DNA from: Bacilli bacterium
GTDB lineage: Bacteria; Bacillota_I; Bacilli_A; ML615J-28; CAG-698
DNA length: 64,000 nt
NCBI GenBank assembly: GCA_017450215.1
Contig: JAFSVH010000017.1
Span: 3,497-67,496 of the forward strand
Direction of reading: 5' to 3'
A model generated the notes under the pieces. It ran no database searches. It was not told the DNA's origin and saw only the letters and a list, made by a program, of their open reading frames with translations. Shown piece after piece: positions 58,793 through 64,000 of the stretch (positions within the stretch are counted from its first letter, which is position 1; each line of letters opens with the position of its first letter). Made by a program: the position numbers and the translations under genes.

Positions 58793-60586
58793 ATGAAAAA
58801 AGCATTTATTGGTATATTTATTATAATTACATGTTTATTTGTTCTTTGTGCCTGTGGTGAAGCAAAAGAAGCAACAATCGAATGTGAAGATTTATTTTTA
58901 TTACTTGATGGTACTCAAAAGATTAATGCTACTTCAAATATAGAAAAAGCATCATATGTGTATGAAATTGTTGAAGGCGATGCTATTGAAATTCAAGGTG
59001 ATCATGTCTATGGTAAAAAACTAGGTATAGCAAAAGTAAATGTATCTATTAAAGGATATGAAGGAACAAAAACCATCACTATTGAAGTTGTTGAAGAAGG
59101 ATTAAAGTTGACTGGTCCAAGTGAGGTTGTTATTGAAGAACAAATTGAATTAACATTACACAAATTTGGTATTGATGATGAAGAATATATAACATGGAGA
59201 AGCCTAAATCCAGAAATTGCTACAGTGTTTAAAGGTCTTGTTACAGGTGTTGCTTTAGGTAAGGCAAAAATAATTGCAAGATCTGATGTTTTTACTACTG
59301 AATTTGAAATTGAAGTTATTAGACCAACAGCAACAGAACTTGTTGTAGAAGGCAATGTAGATACAATTAAATTAGATACAGATTGTGAATATGAATTGGA
59401 TTATGAAGTATTACCTTTCTACGCATCAAAGGATATTGTTGTTACAAGTGATAATGAATTAGTAAAGGTTGTTGATGCATACAAAATTCAAACAAAGGGA
59501 ATTGGAAAAGCGAAATTAACTATTGTGTCAGTAAGCAACAATAAATTAATTAAAGAATTAAATATTGATGTAGTGCAAAAAGAAGGACCAAAATTTGAAA
59601 AGCAAAGTGATTACAAAGAGGTAATTGATGTTAATTATGGTGATGTTTCTGCGCTTTTACAAGGATTAAAAGTAATTGATAATGCTGATGGTGAAATTGG
59701 TGATAAAATATCATGTAACATTAATGACTTACATTCATATGGTGAAAAAGAAATCGAAATTACAGCTCAAGATAGAGCAGGTAATCAATCAACATTCACA
59801 AGAAAAATTAATGTAATTTGGACTTATAAAACAAAATTTATTGGTCATAGAGGTAGTATATATGGTGTTGCAAACACTGAAGAAGCATTCCTATATGCAG
59901 CACGTGATTTGCATTATCAAGCATTAGAGTGTGATGTTCATCAAACAAGTGATGGTGTGTTTGTTGTAAATCATGACGATGATTATTTAGGAATTAATAT
60001 TGCAAGTATTACATATGATGAACTAAAAACAATTGAAAAAACAGAAAAGACATTTGGATACCCTAAATCATTAGGTTTAGCTGAAGAAAAATATACTGCT
60101 ACAATTTGTACAGTAGAAAGATATTTACAAATATGTAAAGAATATGGATGTATTGCTGTTGTTGAACTAAAATCCTCACCAGGTATTTCTAGCTATAGCC
60201 AAGATAGAATGCAAGCATTGATGGATTTAATTACTAATTGTGGAATGTTAGATAATTTAATTATTCTTACATCACAAAGAGCATGTCTAGAATGGTTAAG
60301 AACTCATAATTATAAAGACGTTAAAGCACAATATCTTGTAAATAGTTTGGAAAGCGAAGATACTTTAAATTATTGTATAAAGAATAATTTTGATATTAGT
60401 TCAAATGTTTCTGGTGATCATCCAAGTCAAGAGTGGATTGATAAATATCATGCAGCAGGACTTGAAGTATCTGTATGGACATTCTCTTCATATAGTGATT
60501 ATTCAGCTGTTCAAAAATATATCGATAAAGGTGTTGATTATGTAACAGTAGATTGGCACATTATGGAAAACTTAGATTTGAAATAA
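58793..60586 (+). CDS. Surface lipoprotein: Big_2 domains plus a C-terminal glycerophosphodiester phosphodiesterase (GDPD) domain
   Basis: Lipobox LCAC. GDPD motifs HRGS, E..D.H.T.DG and VNHDDD in the C-terminal 250 aa. Confidence 0.7.
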   Translation: MKKAFIGIFIIITCLFVLCACGEAKEATIECEDLFLLLDGTQKINATSNIEKASYVYEIVEGDAIEIQGDHVYGKKLGIAKVNVSIKGYEGTKTITIEVVEEGLKLTGPSEVVIEEQIELTLHKFGIDDEEYITWRSLNPEIATVFKGLVTGVALGKAKIIARSDVFTTEFEIEVIRPTATELVVEGNVDTIKLDTDCEYELDYEVLPFYASKDIVVTSDNELVKVVDAYKIQTKGIGKAKLTIVSVSNNKLIKELNIDVVQKEGPKFEKQSDYKEVIDVNYGDVSALLQGLKVIDNADGEIGDKISCNINDLHSYGEKEIEITAQDRAGNQSTFTRKINVIWTYKTKFIGHRGSIYGVANTEEAFLYAARDLHYQALECDVHQTSDGVFVVNHDDDYLGINIASITYDELKTIEKTEKTFGYPKSLGLAEEKYTATICTVERYLQICKEYGCIAVVELKSSPGISSYSQDRMQALMDLITNCGMLDNLIILTSQRACLEWLRTHNYKDVKAQYLVNSLESEDTLNYCIKNNFDISSNVSGDHPSQEWIDKYHAAGLEVSVWTFSSYSDYSAVQKYIDKGVDYVTVDWHIMENLDLK

Positions 60587-60625
60587 ACAATTATTACAAA
60601 GTTTTATATACAAGGAGATTGTATT

Positions 60626-61378
60626 ATGGAATTAAAAAGAATTAATTATAATGATATGCCAAATATTATTAAATTAACTGAATTTAGAGATCTTATTAGA
60701 GATATGTTGTTTCCAAATTATTTTAATTTAATTAATGATGAGGAAGAATTAAAAAATAAAGTAGTTGATATGTTTAAAAAATATATTTGTGATGACGAGG
60801 TTAAATGTAATGAATTCATTAATTCCTTAAAAGATGTCTATAATTCATTATTGACTGATATCAAAATGACATATGACTCTGACCCAGCATGTCTTTCTAT
60901 GGAAGAAGCTCTAATAACTTATCCAGGTATTTGTGCAATAATTACTTATAGAATAGCCCATGTATTATCAAATTTAGGCTTTGGCCTAGAAGCTAGAATA
61001 ATTTCTGAAAAAGCTCATAGTCAAACTGGTATTGATATTCATCCTGGTGCTACTATTGGAGATTATTTCTTCATCGACCACGGTACTGGTATTGTAATAG
61101 GTGAAACAACTACAATAGGTCATCATGTTAAAATATATCAAGGAGTAACACTTGGTGCTCTATCATTAAGTAAAGGACAATTAATAAAGGGTGTTAAAAG
61201 ACATCCAACAATTGGAAATTATGTAACGATTTATGCTGGTGCATCTATTCTTGGAGGTGAGACATTTATTGGTGATAATTGTACCATTGGAAGTAATGTA
61301 TTCATTACATCATCAGTAAAAGAAAACCAAAAAGTTTTAAATAAGGCACCTGAAGTTGTTTTCAAGGATAAAATATAA
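60626..61378 (+). CDS. cysE: Serine O-acetyltransferase-like hexapeptide-repeat acyltransferase
   Basis: Left-handed beta-helix hexapeptide repeats (IHPGATIGDYFFIDHGTGIVIGETTTIG...) of CysE type. No cysK partner gene is nearby. Confidence 0.65.
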   Translation: MELKRINYNDMPNIIKLTEFRDLIRDMLFPNYFNLINDEEELKNKVVDMFKKYICDDEVKCNEFINSLKDVYNSLLTDIKMTYDSDPACLSMEEALITYPGICAIITYRIAHVLSNLGFGLEARIISEKAHSQTGIDIHPGATIGDYFFIDHGTGIVIGETTTIGHHVKIYQGVTLGALSLSKGQLIKGVKRHPTIGNYVTIYAGASILGGETFIGDNCTIGSNVFITSSVKENQKVLNKAPEVVFKDKI

Positions 61379-61397
61379 TTCGAAACGTAAAAACTTA

Positions 61398-61426
61398 TTG
61401 ACAAAATGAGGCTAATCAAGTATAAT
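61398..61426 (+). promoter_or_regulatory. Consensus sigma-A promoter for rpsD (TTGACA, 17 nt, TATAAT)
   Basis: TTGACA at 61398-61403, 17-nt spacer, TATAAT at 61421-61426. Confidence 0.6.
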
Positions 61427-61587
61427 GGTTAAGGTGTCAATGAGACAGCACTTAAATGATAGTTCTTTAAAGATTAACCAAAGGTGGTAATGAGTAGTCA
61501 TGCTGAAGGATGAAAGTTTTAATTATGGTCTTTGGAATATATTGATTTAAGTCCTAAAAAATAAAAAGAAAAAGGAGATTTAAAATT
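61427..61587 (+). promoter_or_regulatory. Long rpsD 5' UTR, probably the S4 autoregulatory leader
   Basis: A 160-nt leader lies between a perfect promoter and the rpsD RBS. S4 autoregulates through its leader in Bacillus. Confidence 0.4.
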
Positions 61588-62208
61588 ATGGCACGTTACA
61601 CAGGACCTTCATGGAAGGTATCAAGAAGATTACATTTTTCAACTTTAGAAAATGGTAAAGAATTTGCTATTGGTAAGAATGGCAAAGCTAGAAGAGATTA
61701 TGCTCCTGGTCAACACGGACAACGTCGTGGAAAATTGACTGAATATGGAACACAAATTCAAGAAAAGCAAAAAGTACGTTTTATCTATGGAATTAATGAA
61801 AAGCAATTCCATAACACATTCTTAAAAGCTGGTAAGATGGCTGGTAAGACTGGTGACAACTTCTTAGTTATGTTAGAAACAAGATTAGACAATTTAGTTT
61901 ATAGAATTGGTTTCGCTAGTACTCGTAGACAAGCTCGTCAATTAGTTAACCATGGACATATTACAGTTGATGGAAAGAAAGTTAATATTCCTTCATACTT
62001 TGTAAAACCTGGTCAAGTTATTGGCTTAGCTGAATCTTCAAGAAAATTAGTTGTTGTAAAAGAAGCTTTAGAAGCAATCGTATCTAGAAAAGAATACATT
62101 TCATTTGATGAAAATAAACTTGAAGGAACATTAGTAAGACTTCCTGAAAGAAATGAATTCTTAGAAGATATTCGTGAAAATCTTATCGTTGAATTCTATA
62201 ATAGATAA
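61588..62208 (+). CDS. rpsD: 30S ribosomal protein S4
   Basis: [16 protein letters not shown]-terminus, an S4 domain and an AAGGAGA RBS. Confidence 0.92.
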   Translation: MARYTGPSWKVSRRLHFSTLENGKEFAIGKNGKARRDYAPGQHGQRRGKLTEYGTQIQEKQKVRFIYGINEKQFHNTFLKAGKMAGKTGDNFLVMLETRLDNLVYRIGFASTRRQARQLVNHGHITVDGKKVNIPSYFVKPGQVIGLAESSRKLVVVKEALEAIVSRKEYISFDENKLEGTLVRLPERNEFLEDIRENLIVEFYNR

Positions 62209-62252
62209 TCTATAATAAACAATAATATATTTTTTGCATTTGTTTAATTAAA

Positions 62253-62288
62253 AAGGTCTTTATTAATTTAATAAAGGCTTTTTTATTA
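62253..62288 (+). terminator. AT-rich hairpin plus T-run after rpsD
   Basis: Stem CTTTATTA / TAATAAAG with outer AAAGG/CCTTT extension, followed by CTTTTTTATT. Confidence 0.4.
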
Positions 62289-62344
62289 TTTTCCTTTTCA
62301 AATGAAAAAAATAAGATTATAATATATTTAAGATGAGGTGAAAT

Positions 62345-63082
62345 ATGGAATTTAATTATAAAAATTATCATATCAGAATGCTTGATAAAAATAATAAACA
62401 AGAATTAATTGAAGTACAAAAACTTCGTTATGATTATTTATTAAAAGAATTTAATAATGAATTACCTGAAGATGGATTAGATGATGATGGTTATGATAAA
62501 TATTGCGAATCAATAATTATTATTGATAAAGAAAAAGGCAAAATTGTTGGTACCTATCGTCTAGCAACATTAAAAACTATTGGAGATGCTAAATTCAAAA
62601 CAGAAGGTGAATTCAATTGTGATGCCATAAGAAATTGTGGGAAGGATTCTATTGAGCTTGGTAGAGCTGTAGTTCATGCTGATTATAGAAATGGAATTAT
62701 CATACAATTACTTTGGGCTGCTATTTTTGAATATGCATATGAGAATGATTGTAAATATTTATTTGGTACATGCTCATTTCATGGTGTTGATCCTTCTAAA
62801 TATGGTAATCTTTTGTGTTATTTGAAAAAGAATTATTTAACTGATTTGGATATTTATGCAACACATAATGTTTATGAATTTGATTATTTAGATGAATATG
62901 ATGAAGCAAAAGTAAAAGAAGAAATTGCAGGAGTAATAAAAAGTTATTTATCATTTGATTGTAAATTTGCAAGAAATGGCTATATAGATTATGAATTTAA
63001 CAGCTGTGATGTATTAACTGTGGTTGATATGGATAATTGTAATCAGAGAATATTACAAAGAATGAAGAGGTTTGTGCAATAA
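62345..63082 (+). CDS. GNAT-fold N-acyltransferase of the hemolysin/OlsB/N-acyl amino acid synthase type (Acetyltransf_5-like)
   Basis: 245 aa. Motifs VGTYRLATL and ELGRAVVHADYRNG resemble the ELSR...YR core of OlsB/N-acyl amino acid synthases. Family call is from memory. Confidence 0.45.
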   Translation: MEFNYKNYHIRMLDKNNKQELIEVQKLRYDYLLKEFNNELPEDGLDDDGYDKYCESIIIIDKEKGKIVGTYRLATLKTIGDAKFKTEGEFNCDAIRNCGKDSIELGRAVVHADYRNGIIIQLLWAAIFEYAYENDCKYLFGTCSFHGVDPSKYGNLLCYLKKNYLTDLDIYATHNVYEFDYLDEYDEAKVKEEIAGVIKSYLSFDCKFARNGYIDYEFNSCDVLTVVDMDNCNQRILQRMKRFVQ

Positions 63083-63083
63083 T

Positions 63084-64000
63084 ATGAAAAATATAGTTAA
63101 ATTCTTTTTATTGATTATTGGTTTAGTATTTGCATTTGGTTTATTTTTTGAAAGTAGCAAAACAAAAGCTGATGAAGCAATTGTTGAGATGCTAGATGGT
63201 GCAAGTATTAGAACAGATAATACATATGCTTTGATGTTTAAAGCAAAGAAAAATATAAACGCTAATAAATATTCATATGGATTCTATTATGCTAAAGGAG
63301 TTTATAATCGTGATGAATTAATCAATTTAGCAGAAAAGAAAAAAATTGACCATGTGAAAATGGAAAAAGATGGAACTTATAGTGCATCAATTGTTCTATC
63401 AATTAACGAATTGGAACAAAAAGTAACATGTATTGCTTATGCTGAAGGTGAGGGTTTTATAATATATTCTAATAATGTTTGTTCACGAAGTGTTATGGAT
63501 GTTGCTAATATTTTAGGAAAAGGATATGCAACGTATGTTGATGATATTATTAATTTAGCTGGTGAATACAAAACAGTTAAAGTAACCTTTAATGTTAATA
63601 ACGGAAGATTTGAAGAAACAGGTTCAAGCGAGAATTTAGTTAAAGAATTGAAGAATCCTTGTGATTTTCCAGTTGTTTCAAGAGAAAACTATGTGTTTGT
63701 GGGTTGGAGAAACTTAGAAGAAAATAAAATCTATGCATCTTTTCCAGGAACTAAAAAAGAAAATTCAGAGATAACATATGTAGCTATATGGGAACAAGTT
63801 GCAGGTGCTAGTGAATTATTAGCTCAATATTTACCAGATGAATTAGAAGAGAAAACTGTTTTACCTCTTGAGTATGATGGCAAGACATTAAAGTGGTCAG
63901 TAACTAGTAATAACATTATTAGTTTTGATAATGGAGCGTTGACATACAATATTCTAAATAGAGACCATAATGATCATGATGTAACAGTAAAATTAGAATA
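63084..64000 (+). CDS. Secreted hypothetical protein, 3' end truncated by the window edge
   Basis: The ATG at 63084 follows a TAATATG overlap. Signal peptide MKNIVKFFLLIIGLVFAFGLFF. Open reading frame continues to position 64000. Confidence 0.4.
   Translation, partial: MKNIVKFFLLIIGLVFAFGLFFESSKTKADEAIVEMLDGASIRTDNTYALMFKAKKNINANKYSYGFYYAKGVYNRDELINLAEKKKIDHVKMEKDGTYSASIVLSINELEQKVTCIAYAEGEGFIIYSNNVCSRSVMDVANILGKGYATYVDDIINLAGEYKTVKVTFNVNNGRFEETGSSENLVKELKNPCDFPVVSRENYVFVGWRNLEENKIYASFPGTKKENSEITYVAIWEQVAGASELLAQYLPDELEEKTVLPLEYDGKTLKWSVTSNNIISFDNGALTYNILNRDHNDHDVTVKLE

Overview
This is an AT-rich (roughly 28-30% GC) chromosomal segment that contains the replication-origin gene neighbourhood of a low-GC Firmicutes/Mollicutes-like bacterium (standard genetic code; many lipoproteins, a candidate ECF-type substrate-binding (S) component, endonuclease I and GDPD lipoproteins; perhaps Erysipelotrichia or an Acholeplasma/RF39-like lineage, by inference only). 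The conserved backbone reads: recR-ybaB-dnaX (minus strand), T-box-asnS, mnmE-jag-yidC-rnpA-rpmH (minus), dnaA-dnaN, yaaA-recF-gyrB-gyrA, T-box-serS, HIT, nrnA x2-surE-rpoE, folD-pth-mfd, degV, fba, mnmG-rsmG-soj, pgk-(crh-like)-tpiA, cysE, rpsD. Several non-canonical elements sit in this backbone. (1) A small ParA ATPase and a ribbon-helix-helix (RHH) protein lie between dnaN and recF, next to a 1.35-kb non-coding region full of TACATA/TATGTA iterons and imperfect palindromes; this is the most unusual locus in the window. (2) A hypothetical membrane-anchored extracellular protein gene separates rpmH from dnaA. (3) The tau subunit gene dnaX has doubled in length through an internal coiled-coil/acidic insertion. 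(4) An HPr paralog without the catalytic His15 (Crh-like, H15D) lies between pgk and tpiA. (5) A structured leader followed by a terminator lies upstream of a putative ECF-type S-component gene. (6) Three operons have no known function: a zinc-ribbon membrane protein / membrane protein / membrane-GNAT trio, an ABC exporter pair with a PucR-like regulator and a thioredoxin-like lipoprotein, and an N-acyl amino acid synthase-like GNAT gene. There are no rRNA or tRNA genes, no CRISPR arrays, and no transposases or integrases. The small rpmH gene (47 aa) is missing from the ORF track and was found by reading the sequence. Many starts in the ORF track are over-extended (GTG/TTG maximal ORFs) and were moved to RBS-supported ATG codons.
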